IMG/VR virus record: IMGVR_UViG_3300042314_000343
Span: 39,318-103,317 of that record
DNA: 64,000 bases
Direction: 5' to 3' (one strand)
Origin: a virus
Positions 8,452-17,590 of the stretch are shown one piece after another (the stretch's first letter is position 1; every line of letters starts with the position of its first letter). Made by a program: the position numbers and the translations under genes. Under the pieces are notes generated by a model. The model ran no database searches. It saw only the letters and a list, made by a program, of their open reading frames with translations, and was not told the origin of the DNA.

Positions 8452-9150
8452 ATGAAAATTTTTAAGGTGTTTTCCAGGCCAGGCCTGAGAGATTGGGGCA
8501 AGCCTCAGCCAGCAAAAGGCTTTGTGCCAGAGTGGTATCGCCAAAGCGAAAACACTTATGTTAGCGATAAAGATCCAAGTAAGAAGGAAAATGCAGGATT
8601 AAAAAAGTGCGTACCGCTTCTGGATGCACTTGTTTCTGGATACATGCTGACCATCCCAGTAGACATCTATGTAACTAAAGACGAAGATGGAAATCCAAGA
8701 TTTAGCTGGAATGGGCCACAACAACTTTCTGGGTTTGTAGATGAAAGATCTCCACAGCTAGGAAAGCTTATGCCAAGGCCAGCAGGCCATCACCCAAACC
8801 ACCTAGTATTCAGTGGTTTTTGGGGGTACAAAACTCCAAGAGGTTGGTCATCACTTATTGTGCATCCACTAAACAGGTTTGACCTACCATTCACTATCTC
8901 ATCTGCAATAGTAGATAGTGACGACTTCAATTCACCAGGAAATATTCCATTCTTTATAAAAGAAGGTTTTGAGGGGGTTATCCCAGCAGGAACACCATTT
9001 GCACAAATCATACCAATAAAGAGATCGTCGTGGACCCTGGTAGATGACACAACTGGCATGTCAGATGTAGAGCCTGTTCAGGCAGTGTTGGTTAGGCAAC
9101 CAGAGACACTTTATAAAAAGATATACTGGAGAAAGAAGGACTACCGCTGA
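8452..9150 (+). CDS. Conserved phage protein, DUF6065/dUTPase-fold-like, paralog 1
   Basis: PEWY, KKCVP.LD....GY, KTP.G.S....HPLNR.DLPF, VDSD, IPAGTP..Q.IP.KR shared with 9560 gene. Confidence 0.6.
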   Translation: MKIFKVFSRPGLRDWGKPQPAKGFVPEWYRQSENTYVSDKDPSKKENAGLKKCVPLLDALVSGYMLTIPVDIYVTKDEDGNPRFSWNGPQQLSGFVDERSPQLGKLMPRPAGHHPNHLVFSGFWGYKTPRGWSSLIVHPLNRFDLPFTISSAIVDSDDFNSPGNIPFFIKEGFEGVIPAGTPFAQIIPIKRSSWTLVDDTTGMSDVEPVQAVLVRQPETLYKKIYWRKKDYR

Positions 9151-9563
9151 TGGCAAATCCAAAAAGAAGAAAATCAGAGAGAAAGCTTGTAGTCAACGTA
9201 CCAGGAGATGTCAAGAGAATAACCACTCTTGACCTTATAAAGATGGCAGTCCTTAAGTCACTTGATAGCAAAAAGGCCAAAAAGTCTGTAGTCTCTGAAA
9301 ATGGAATTATGCCAGACATGAGCAGAATGAACGACATCTCTACGCTAGCAATAGTTGTAGATAATGAAGTCGTAGATGTAATGAGGGCACAGCCTAGATT
9401 ATCATCAATACTTTTGGCAGAGCCAAAGTTTGTAAAGATTAACAAGGAAGATGGCGGAGTTAGAATTGGAGATAAGTATCTGGATGGAAAGTTTGTCCCT
9501 CAAGATGACAAAGTTGACATTAACCTAAATCCACAAGAGTTTAAGCTAGGAGAGACGCAGTGA
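9150..9563 (+). CDS. Hypothetical protein, possible fibre assembly chaperone
   Basis: AIVVDNEVVDV...V.IGDKY.DGKF pattern; coupled to both neighbours. Confidence 0.45.
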   Translation: MANPKRRKSERKLVVNVPGDVKRITTLDLIKMAVLKSLDSKKAKKSVVSENGIMPDMSRMNDISTLAIVVDNEVVDVMRAQPRLSSILLAEPKFVKINKEDGGVRIGDKYLDGKFVPQDDKVDINLNPQEFKLGETQ

Positions 9564-10228
9564 AAATAAGAGGAAAAAACATAACCTTTCATTCAGATAA
9601 AACTGAGTTTGATTTGCCAAGACCTGCTGCAGCAAGTCGTTTTATTCCAGACTGGTTTAGAACCATGCCAGGCGTGATTGACAGAGTTGAAACAGTAAAG
9701 AAGTGCATTCCAGTTTTAGACTCGCTAACTTTGGGGTACATGATTCCTCTGCCAGCAGATGTTATGTATGAGCCAGAGTCAAAGCAGATAATCTCAAATG
9801 CGAAGTTTAAACTTAACAGCGATCACGTGCCAGTGCAAACACAAAATGTAGCTTTGCCAGACCACTTTGACCCACAGCCACACAAGTGGGTTAACTCCTG
9901 GTATATCAAAACACCAAAGGGGTATAGCACTCTATTCGTTCACCCACTAAACAGGCTTGATCTGCCATTTCAGTCATTCAGTGGAGTGGTTGATACCGAC
10001 AAGCACCCCATTGTTATTAACTTTCCGTTTGTAATTCGTAAAGACTTTTCTGGTATAATACCAGCAGGGACTCCAATGATTCAGGCAATTCCATTTAAAA
10101 GAGACACTTGGGATAGCAAGGTAATTGACGAGAACGAGTCGTATTCATACGAGTTTGCAAATGCAAATCAAGATGCACCACTAGCATGGTATAAGAGGAA
10201 TATATGGAACAAGAAGACCTATCGTTAA
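9560..10228 (+). CDS. Conserved phage protein, DUF6065/dUTPase-fold-like, paralog 2
   Basis: Same motif set as 8452 gene. Confidence 0.6.
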   Translation: MKIRGKNITFHSDKTEFDLPRPAAASRFIPDWFRTMPGVIDRVETVKKCIPVLDSLTLGYMIPLPADVMYEPESKQIISNAKFKLNSDHVPVQTQNVALPDHFDPQPHKWVNSWYIKTPKGYSTLFVHPLNRLDLPFQSFSGVVDTDKHPIVINFPFVIRKDFSGIIPAGTPMIQAIPFKRDTWDSKVIDENESYSYEFANANQDAPLAWYKRNIWNKKTYR

Positions 10229-11646
10229 AAACGATCTACGTAGCAATCCCGTCACTATATGACGCAGAGCTGGCAAGAACAATTGCCGACGCATTTGCCA
10301 AAGCTGATCACCCAGAAAGGGTATTTGTTGGAGTAGCAATCCAGGACGACAATCAAAAGATTTTTAAGCAGCTAAAGAAGCTGTACAAGAACAACAAGAA
10401 TGTAAAGCTGTCCTTTACAAAGCTAACATCAAAGAACGTACTTGACGAGCTTGGGGTTGGTACAGGAAGAGCAAAATCACATTCCATGTACAATGACGAA
10501 GACTATGTTCTTCAGATTGACTCACACACTATGTTTGAGCAAGGATGGGATGCCATACTTGTTGATCTTCACCTAGAGGCAGTAGGAGAGATACAGAACG
10601 ATAAGATTGTTCTTACCGCATATGCTGGTCACTACTTTTTAGACAAAGACGGAGAGCGAACTGTAGAGCTTCCAGAAGGATTCTCGGCAACCCAAAAATT
10701 CTTTTATTCTCTTTACGCACAGTTTCAAAGACGGTACGGAGTAATTCCAGCAGCGTCTATGGTTGACTTCGCAACTATAACAGACGCCGACAGAAGACTT
10801 TTCCCAGCATCAAAATTTAGTGCCAACTTCGCATTTGGCAATAAAGAGTTTGCAAAAAACTTAGGACTAGACCTAAAAGCGGTGTTTTTTGAAGAAGAGG
10901 TTATCCAGTCTGTCAATCTTTTGTCATCAGGATTTAGCCTAGTATTTCCAAACATTGAAAGTGCACTTGTTCGCCACCTATACACTAAGGCAGGGTCAAA
11001 GCCAGAGCTTAGAAAGTCGTCAGCTGATTATCTAACTCAAGAGCAAGAGCGTCAGCTAAATCTAAGACAGCAGGAGAACTATCTGTCATTTTTGGCAGAC
11101 GAGTCTCTAAAGGAATACCGTGAGTCTTATGAGAGATACTCCAACATAAGCCTAGAGCTTGGAAGGCAGTCAGCATCTACTCTGCACCCATCAACCTGGA
11201 CTATTGACGCAGTAAGATACGACTTAATAGTGCAGGAATATCAGGATAGACTAAGAAGTCGTAACGTTGATGCAGCAGCTACTGAAGCTTCGGCACCAAC
11301 TTCTGGTAACGAAGATGGTTGTAACTGTAAGACTAAGCACAACGCTACTGAAAATCATGAGGGACACAGTCACGATGAGGTAGTTGTAGAAGAGCAGTCT
11401 GGTGAGCAAGGAGAGCAGGCAAAGCCTAAAGTTGCAAGGCCTTGGGACCTTCTAAATCCAAATATTGGTAGGGTAAGCGATGAAGTAAAGAAGCTTAGAA
11501 TGGACTACTGCAACGGCTGTGAGTTTTTCATCTCCCTTACACAGCAATGCACAAAGTGTGGATGCCACATGCCTTGGAAGACAGGTTTGCCACACGCATC
11601 TTGCCCAGTTGGAAAGTGGGACGCAGTTCCAGATGAAGGTAACTAA
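10204..11646 (+). CDS. GT-A glycosyltransferase (GlcNAc-transferase, GT60/PF11397-like) fused to a C-terminal Cys-cluster domain
   Basis: IYVAIPSLYD.E...T...AF..A.HPERVFVGV..Q, YNDEDYVLQIDSHT.F..GWD, ANFAFG; C-terminus CxxC...CxxCGC...CPVGKW. Confidence 0.75.
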   Translation: MEQEDLSLKTIYVAIPSLYDAELARTIADAFAKADHPERVFVGVAIQDDNQKIFKQLKKLYKNNKNVKLSFTKLTSKNVLDELGVGTGRAKSHSMYNDEDYVLQIDSHTMFEQGWDAILVDLHLEAVGEIQNDKIVLTAYAGHYFLDKDGERTVELPEGFSATQKFFYSLYAQFQRRYGVIPAASMVDFATITDADRRLFPASKFSANFAFGNKEFAKNLGLDLKAVFFEEEVIQSVNLLSSGFSLVFPNIESALVRHLYTKAGSKPELRKSSADYLTQEQERQLNLRQQENYLSFLADESLKEYRESYERYSNISLELGRQSASTLHPSTWTIDAVRYDLIVQEYQDRLRSRNVDAAATEASAPTSGNEDGCNCKTKHNATENHEGHSHDEVVVEEQSGEQGEQAKPKVARPWDLLNPNIGRVSDEVKKLRMDYCNGCEFFISLTQQCTKCGCHMPWKTGLPHASCPVGKWDAVPDEGN

Positions 11647-12328
11647 TTTACTTGGAGATGCTACAAAGCTAAAGGTTGACTCAAATAGTGTTGACCTTGT
11701 AATAACTCACCCACCATATATTGGCATAGATGTAGAGCGTTATGGAGGAGATCCAGCTAGTCAGATTAACTTTTCACAAAACGAAAAGAACGTCTTAAAG
11801 CTTTTCAAGAAAGCCTTTTTAGAAGTTGAACGGGTATTACGTCCAGGGGGAAACTTAATCTTGGCTAACAACCCAAAAGGTGGTTTTGACGCAAAGCTTA
11901 TGGTCCAAATTATTAAGACAACCAACCTACAGTTTTCATCCTACTACGCACAACACTCAGACGAGCCACATAAGAATATAACCGTTTGGCAGCACTACAC
12001 TAAGGGAATTCAAAAAGGATTCTCTAGCTTTATTGGAACCAAGCGTTACGGATCAACAAAGATAGAGTGCGATATCAATAACGAAAAAGACCCAGTAGAC
12101 ATGCAGCTGGCAAAAGAAGGTTTTCACATATTTGATGCCATGCACAAAGATGTACCAACAAAGTTTATAAATATGTTTTCTGAGGATGGTCACGTAGTCT
12201 TGGATCCGTTTGGTGGTTCTGGGATTGTTGCCGTAACAGCTGCCCAACTAGGCAGGGTAGGGATTACTAATGATATATCAACCAAGCAGTTTGAAGCTGC
12301 ACAAAGAAGAATGGAGCTAAGTCTATGA
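11633..12328 (+). CDS. N4/N6 methyltransferase-fold protein (beta order) with atypical HPPY motif; start revised from 11519
   Basis: SVDLVITHPPY, RVLRPGG, VLDPFGGSG; ATG 11633 in frame, overlapping the upstream gene end. Confidence 0.7.
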   Translation: MKVTNLLGDATKLKVDSNSVDLVITHPPYIGIDVERYGGDPASQINFSQNEKNVLKLFKKAFLEVERVLRPGGNLILANNPKGGFDAKLMVQIIKTTNLQFSSYYAQHSDEPHKNITVWQHYTKGIQKGFSSFIGTKRYGSTKIECDINNEKDPVDMQLAKEGFHIFDAMHKDVPTKFINMFSEDGHVVLDPFGGSGIVAVTAAQLGRVGITNDISTKQFEAAQRRMELSL

Positions 12329-13386
12329 AAGTAGCCGTATATACAATAGCACTAAATGAGCGTCAATTTGTACAAAAGTGGTACGACAGTGCCAAGGACG
12401 CAGACTACCTTCTCATAGCCGACACAGGCTCCTCTGACGGCACAAAAGAGCTTGCAGAGTCTTTAGGTATACACGTTATTGATGTATCCGTAAAACCGTG
12501 GAGATTTGATGATGCAAGGAATGCATCGCTAGCAGCATTGCCATCAGACATTGATTACTGCATAGCTTTAGATATGGACGAAGAGCTACAGCCAGGATGG
12601 AAAGAGTCTCTAGAAAAGGCATACGAGTCTGGTTGGAGTAGGCCAAGATACAACTACACCTGGTCTTGGAACCAGGACGGTACTCCAGGACTACAGTATG
12701 GTGGAGACAAGATTCACACTAGAAAGAATTACCGCTGGAAGTTTCCTGTGCACGAAGTCCTGACGGTTTATGGACAGGAAGAGACTCAGGGTTGGATAGA
12801 TCTAGAGATTCACCATCACCCAGACAGCTCTAAGCCTAGAAGCCAATACTTGCCATTGCTAAAAATGTCGGTACAAGAAGATCCTTACAACGATAGAAAC
12901 GCTCACTACTATGCCAGAGAGCTATACTTTTATTCAATGTTCTCCCAAGCAGCAGATGAGTTTAGAAGACACCTTGCTCTACCTGGTGCAACCTGGAAGC
13001 CAGAGAGGGCAGCCTCAATGAGATACCTTGCTAAGTGCGAGCCATTAAATGCTGAGCACTGGCTAAAGCTTGCGATAAATGAAGCACCAGATAGAAGAGA
13101 AGCATACGTAGAGTTGGCAACCCTCTACTACAAAGACAAGAAGTGGGAGCTTTGCAAACAGGCTGCAGAGTCCGCTATTCTCATAACAGAGAAGCCTTTA
13201 GAGTATCTAGTAGAAGGATTTGCTTGGGGTTCAACGCCATATGAGCTTGCTGCCTATGCTGCCTATAACCTGGGGGAATTCCAGAGGGCGTACGACTTAT
13301 CAGAGATGGCATATAAAACTAATCCAAATGACGAAAGGCTCAAGAAAGAGCTAGACGCATACGCACTAAAACTAACAGCAATCTAA
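12325..13386 (+). CDS. GT2 glycosyltransferase with C-terminal TPR repeats
   Basis: IALNE, DTGSSDGT, WRFDDARN, LDMDE (DxD), VHE, followed by TPR-like helices. Confidence 0.9.
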   Translation: MKVAVYTIALNERQFVQKWYDSAKDADYLLIADTGSSDGTKELAESLGIHVIDVSVKPWRFDDARNASLAALPSDIDYCIALDMDEELQPGWKESLEKAYESGWSRPRYNYTWSWNQDGTPGLQYGGDKIHTRKNYRWKFPVHEVLTVYGQEETQGWIDLEIHHHPDSSKPRSQYLPLLKMSVQEDPYNDRNAHYYARELYFYSMFSQAADEFRRHLALPGATWKPERAASMRYLAKCEPLNAEHWLKLAINEAPDRREAYVELATLYYKDKKWELCKQAAESAILITEKPLEYLVEGFAWGSTPYELAAYAAYNLGEFQRAYDLSEMAYKTNPNDERLKKELDAYALKLTAI

Positions 13387-13419
13387 ACACTCTGTGTGGT
13401 AAACTATAGGAGGTGAACA

Positions 13420-16400
13420 ATGTCTAGACCTTCTAATTTATACGCCGAGAAAATATTCTCCGAGCACCCAGTCGCTATGTGGGCTTTAGACGAGCAGGCT
13501 GATTATGTATCAATTATAGATGAAGACTTCAGGCTACTATCTGACTCGTCTAATTGGACGATAACTAATGGCACAATGGAAGATACCGTTTCTGGGCCAC
13601 TACAATCACCTTTCCCAGATAGCCATACATGTTTGTCTACAACAGATCACGAAGATGACAGTATCACAATCCTTAGCGACTTTGTCCCCAACATCTTTTC
13701 TGTTTCTGGAGGAATATTAAGCTTTGACGACCTAAACAAAGATCTTGGCACATTGTGCATCGGAATGTACGTATACTCACAGTCTGAAAATACTACGGGG
13801 TATGAGATAGGCTACTCCTATTTTGACTCAGTTTCTGCAGAAAGCGTAGAGGTAACCAAAAGCTTTGATATTGAAACTTATGGCAAATGGCTGCACATAT
13901 CTGCAACATTTCCAATCTTAGATCAAGATGTTTCATTCAAGCTATTGTTTAGGTCAAAGTTCAAGCAGTCTATAGTGACACCAACCCCACATACCGTTCT
14001 TTACAATGGCCTTACTTTGGGGCAGTGGTCAGAAGAATTTTGTTCAACATCCTTGGGCTCAGATGTAATTGACATCCCAGAAGAAATAGGTTTTTTGCCA
14101 GAAGGGTACAAGGCAATAGAGGCAAGGTCCTATTCTAGAGAAGACATCCCAGGATATTACCTAGTTAGCGGATCCTCTATCTATGCCAAGAATTCTGGTA
14201 TTCCGTTAGTGTATGGTGCTGAAAACTCAACTGTTATTTACGAAAATCTGAATGAGACAGAGGCTCCATCACTTATAGTCCCAGGACTTGGGTTCCTTAA
14301 TGGTAATGGCAGATACCAGACAATGACTGCAGAGATGTGGCTCAACATAAACTCCTCAACATTTGAGCTAAAAAGAATTTTCGGACCAGTGTTTTCAACA
14401 GATGGCCTTTATGTAGACGGTGCATTCTTAGGGCTAAAGATTGGAAACAGCTATAGTTCTCACTACGTTGGTGAGTGGGCAAGACCAATGCTAGTGCATA
14501 TCAGATATTCAGAATCCGCAGCCAGCCTGCTGATAAATGGAGAGGAAGTTATAAACCTAGTTTTTGACCAGTCAACCATAAACTTTCCAGACCCAGAGGT
14601 AGAAGGCGTAAGCACCGACTGGCTTGGCTTTTATGCTCATGAGCACATCTCACCAATCCTTGTAGACTGCGTTGCAATATATGGATACAAAGTTCCACCA
14701 GTTGTCGCAAAAAGAAGATTTGTTTACGGTCAGGGCGTAGAGTTTCCAGAGAATATCAACAACGCCTATAGCGGAACAACTACATTCTTTGACTATTCAT
14801 TCTCTAAGTATTCAAATAACTACTCTTATCCAGGAGCTGGCTCTTGGACACAGGGGGTATACAACAACCTTGATCTACAGAAGAATTACCTTGCAACAAA
14901 GAGCTACGAAAAGCCACAGCTAATTTTTGACACTTTCGGAAGAGATATTTATCAAGAATGGAAGCAGGATAGTCTAGAGGTAACGCAGGAAACCTCGCCA
15001 TTCTTTTCCCTAAAACCAAACAGCAATTGGAATGGACTGAACGGATACATATACTTTGACAAGTATCAGATGATTGATGAGCCAGTAGCAGCTTTTTATG
15101 GTATTTTTAAAGTTTCGCAACTTACTAGCTCAGAGCAAGTCCTATTTAGAATAGACGACAAGCTCCAGGATAGGTACTTTGAGATAGTTCTTGTTAATAA
15201 TATAATTAAGTATAACTTTAAGGATAGCAACGCCAGCATCGAAACCCTGTACCAAACTGAAAGTGTTATTCCTGGAGAGCAGTTCACTATAGGAATTTCT
15301 GTAAAAGATTTTGTTAGCTATTTCGAAGGTAACATGAGGCCATTCTTTGGAAATCCTAGCCAGCTTTCGATGAGCGTGGGGGGCAGATCAGAGCTATCCT
15401 CAACATTTTCTGGAAAGATATACTCCATATCTATCCTTAATGCCCAGAGCCTTCTGACCGTTCCATATATGTTTTCTGCTCGTGGAATACCAGTCGACTA
15501 CGAGTACGGCTTTGACGAATACGACTCCTTTGTACTCTATGATGCTGGAGACGAATACTTTGGAAATGATGGTTCATATTGGCAGCACATTCTTGACGGT
15601 GGTACCCCAACATCATTTATCACCGCCAGAGCACTTGGACATACTGGAACTTATACGCTAAGAGCCAAAGAGGTTTTTGACAACTTTGATCTGTGCGTAT
15701 CTACAAGCTCTACCTGGGAAGACTATCTTCCCCTTAGCTATTTTGCAAGGTACGTCACTAACGAAAAAGGCAAGAGCTACTACGACCTTGACTTTATTCA
15801 GTTCAACATAGACTATCCTGCACCAAATAAATTTTCTAAGATAGACACTCAGGGCGGTCAGTGGACTTACGGCGACCTATATGAAGAATACTCGTTGCCA
15901 ACAAAGAAGACATACGAAGTTTTGTCAAACCAGCTATTCACTGGGTACGACAACTATGCCGATCTAGCACAGAGGTCATCATTTGAGTATGTATACGATA
16001 CCGCAGAAGCAATGGTAAAAACATACGTAATGTTTTCCTACACCTCATCACTTAAAGGAACCCTGTCTGGAAAATACTCAAACACTGTTAGTCTGCCAAA
16101 GAGTGGTATTGTCGTGCCAGGCGATGACTGGCTGACCACCAGGTACGAGGTTGTAGACAACTCTATCATCTATCCACCAGCTGGGGTAAACGTTAATCAG
16201 ATAGTTATGACAACTCAGGTAGAGATTGTTAATCCAGACACAGAGACATACCCAATAGCAATTAGATCTATTCAGTATTCTCCACAGTCTTTAGAGAAAT
16301 CTTCCCCAACTGCAATTGGTACAAGATTTGGAATTGATGTTGCTCCATACACACAGAATGGCTTTTACGTAGATTATGCTGCAAACAATCCGTTTAGCGT

Positions 16401-17193
16401 TTACAAGGGCAGCACCCCATATCTCTATAACACTAGATACAGCGGAGTGCAGCCAAGAGGTGTGTTCAGCCCTCTGACTAATCGTGGAGTTTCTATCCCA
16501 GTTAATCCAGAAAAGACGAGAAACTACGAAATCATTGCGATGCAAATATCGCTAAGATTTGACGAAGACTTCTTCCCAATTTCACCAATTCAAATCTTTG
16601 AGGTACAGGGCAGAAGAGACCACATAAAGTTCTTCCTTGTATCAACCAGTCCAAATGGAAAACGTGCAAAGATATACGCTGTAAACGCAAAGACTGGTCA
16701 GCTAGATGCTAATGTTGGACTTTACATAAATGGCAAAATATCTAAGGACGCCACTCTAACAGTAAAGGAGTGGGCAACTCTAGGAGTTAGCTTCTCTAAG
16801 ATCCTAGACGTTTCTCTGACGGCAGGCTCCATTAGGATCAACGGTCCAATTCTTGCAAACAACATTTCATACTATCAGTCAACAAGTCTTGAAGAGCGTC
16901 AGGACACCCAAGAAAGAGACTGGGAAGATGTTTTGCAAAATGGTACGATAGAGCTAGAGTGGGATTTCTGGGACTCGTTCATTTGGAATGACGTCCTAGT
17001 TCTGACATCAACATCACTTTTTGGTGTATCTCCAGTAGAAATATACAAGGCATTTACAGGAACAAACAGGATTGTGGTAGACGATTATTCTGCAACAGCT
17101 CAGGGGCAGCCAGATAAATTGGTGTTTAAGGATTACCAGTACTCCGTGTATTCCGACATATCATGGTTTAGCACTACTAGGTCAGCCCTATAA
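13420..17193 (+). CDS. Large virion structural protein with LamG/concanavalin-like domains
   Basis: EHPVAMWALDE N-terminus, T.E.W.NI and LLINGEEV beta motifs; SD AGGAGGT; internal ILDGGTP. Confidence 0.6.
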   Translation: MSRPSNLYAEKIFSEHPVAMWALDEQADYVSIIDEDFRLLSDSSNWTITNGTMEDTVSGPLQSPFPDSHTCLSTTDHEDDSITILSDFVPNIFSVSGGILSFDDLNKDLGTLCIGMYVYSQSENTTGYEIGYSYFDSVSAESVEVTKSFDIETYGKWLHISATFPILDQDVSFKLLFRSKFKQSIVTPTPHTVLYNGLTLGQWSEEFCSTSLGSDVIDIPEEIGFLPEGYKAIEARSYSREDIPGYYLVSGSSIYAKNSGIPLVYGAENSTVIYENLNETEAPSLIVPGLGFLNGNGRYQTMTAEMWLNINSSTFELKRIFGPVFSTDGLYVDGAFLGLKIGNSYSSHYVGEWARPMLVHIRYSESAASLLINGEEVINLVFDQSTINFPDPEVEGVSTDWLGFYAHEHISPILVDCVAIYGYKVPPVVAKRRFVYGQGVEFPENINNAYSGTTTFFDYSFSKYSNNYSYPGAGSWTQGVYNNLDLQKNYLATKSYEKPQLIFDTFGRDIYQEWKQDSLEVTQETSPFFSLKPNSNWNGLNGYIYFDKYQMIDEPVAAFYGIFKVSQLTSSEQVLFRIDDKLQDRYFEIVLVNNIIKYNFKDSNASIETLYQTESVIPGEQFTIGISVKDFVSYFEGNMRPFFGNPSQLSMSVGGRSELSSTFSGKIYSISILNAQSLLTVPYMFSARGIPVDYEYGFDEYDSFVLYDAGDEYFGNDGSYWQHILDGGTPTSFITARALGHTGTYTLRAKEVFDNFDLCVSTSSTWEDYLPLSYFARYVTNEKGKSYYDLDFIQFNIDYPAPNKFSKIDTQGGQWTYGDLYEEYSLPTKKTYEVLSNQLFTGYDNYADLAQRSSFEYVYDTAEAMVKTYVMFSYTSSLKGTLSGKYSNTVSLPKSGIVVPGDDWLTTRYEVVDNSIIYPPAGVNVNQIVMTTQVEIVNPDTETYPIAIRSIQYSPQSLEKSSPTAIGTRFGIDVAPYTQNGFYVDYAANNPFSVYKGSTPYLYNTRYSGVQPRGVFSPLTNRGVSIPVNPEKTRNYEIIAMQISLRFDEDFFPISPIQIFEVQGRRDHIKFFLVSTSPNGKRAKIYAVNAKTGQLDANVGLYINGKISKDATLTVKEWATLGVSFSKILDVSLTAGSIRINGPILANNISYYQSTSLEERQDTQERDWEDVLQNGTIELEWDFWDSFIWNDVLVLTSTSLFGVSPVEIYKAFTGTNRIVVDDYSATAQGQPDKLVFKDYQYSVYSDISWFSTTRSAL

Positions 17194-17211
17194 TATGGTA
17201 TACTGTTGGTT

Positions 17212-17589
17212 ATGAAACCACAAAAACCACGCATGCCTGGTCAAATAGGCGACACAAAGATAAGAGTTATCGAAGAAAACTTTTCAAATTTTGGAACTTA
17301 CGTTTGGGTTAAGCCAAATGGAAAGCCATTCATGGATTCCGACAAGAATGTTTTGTCCATTGAAGGCATGAGGGATGACAAGTCAAAGATTAGAGAGCTT
17401 GCAGACGCTGCAAAGTACTGGGGACAGCCAGATGGTCGTGCCGTATTCTACCCAAACATGAAGAAGATCTCCGATGAAGAGCACTCCGAGCAGGTAGACA
17501 GAATGAGCCAGGGATTAATTCCAAGCCTGAATGACCTTGGTGCTGTCATGGCAGCAAAGAAAACACTAGAACTTTATGGAGATGAGTAG
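17212..17589 (+). CDS. Hypothetical protein upstream of portal; start revised from 17206
   Basis: TGGTATACT 17196-17204 lies 7 nt before in-frame ATG 17212 (leaderless). Confidence 0.65.
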   Translation: MKPQKPRMPGQIGDTKIRVIEENFSNFGTYVWVKPNGKPFMDSDKNVLSIEGMRDDKSKIRELADAAKYWGQPDGRAVFYPNMKKISDEEHSEQVDRMSQGLIPSLNDLGAVMAAKKTLELYGDE

Positions 17590-17590
17590 T

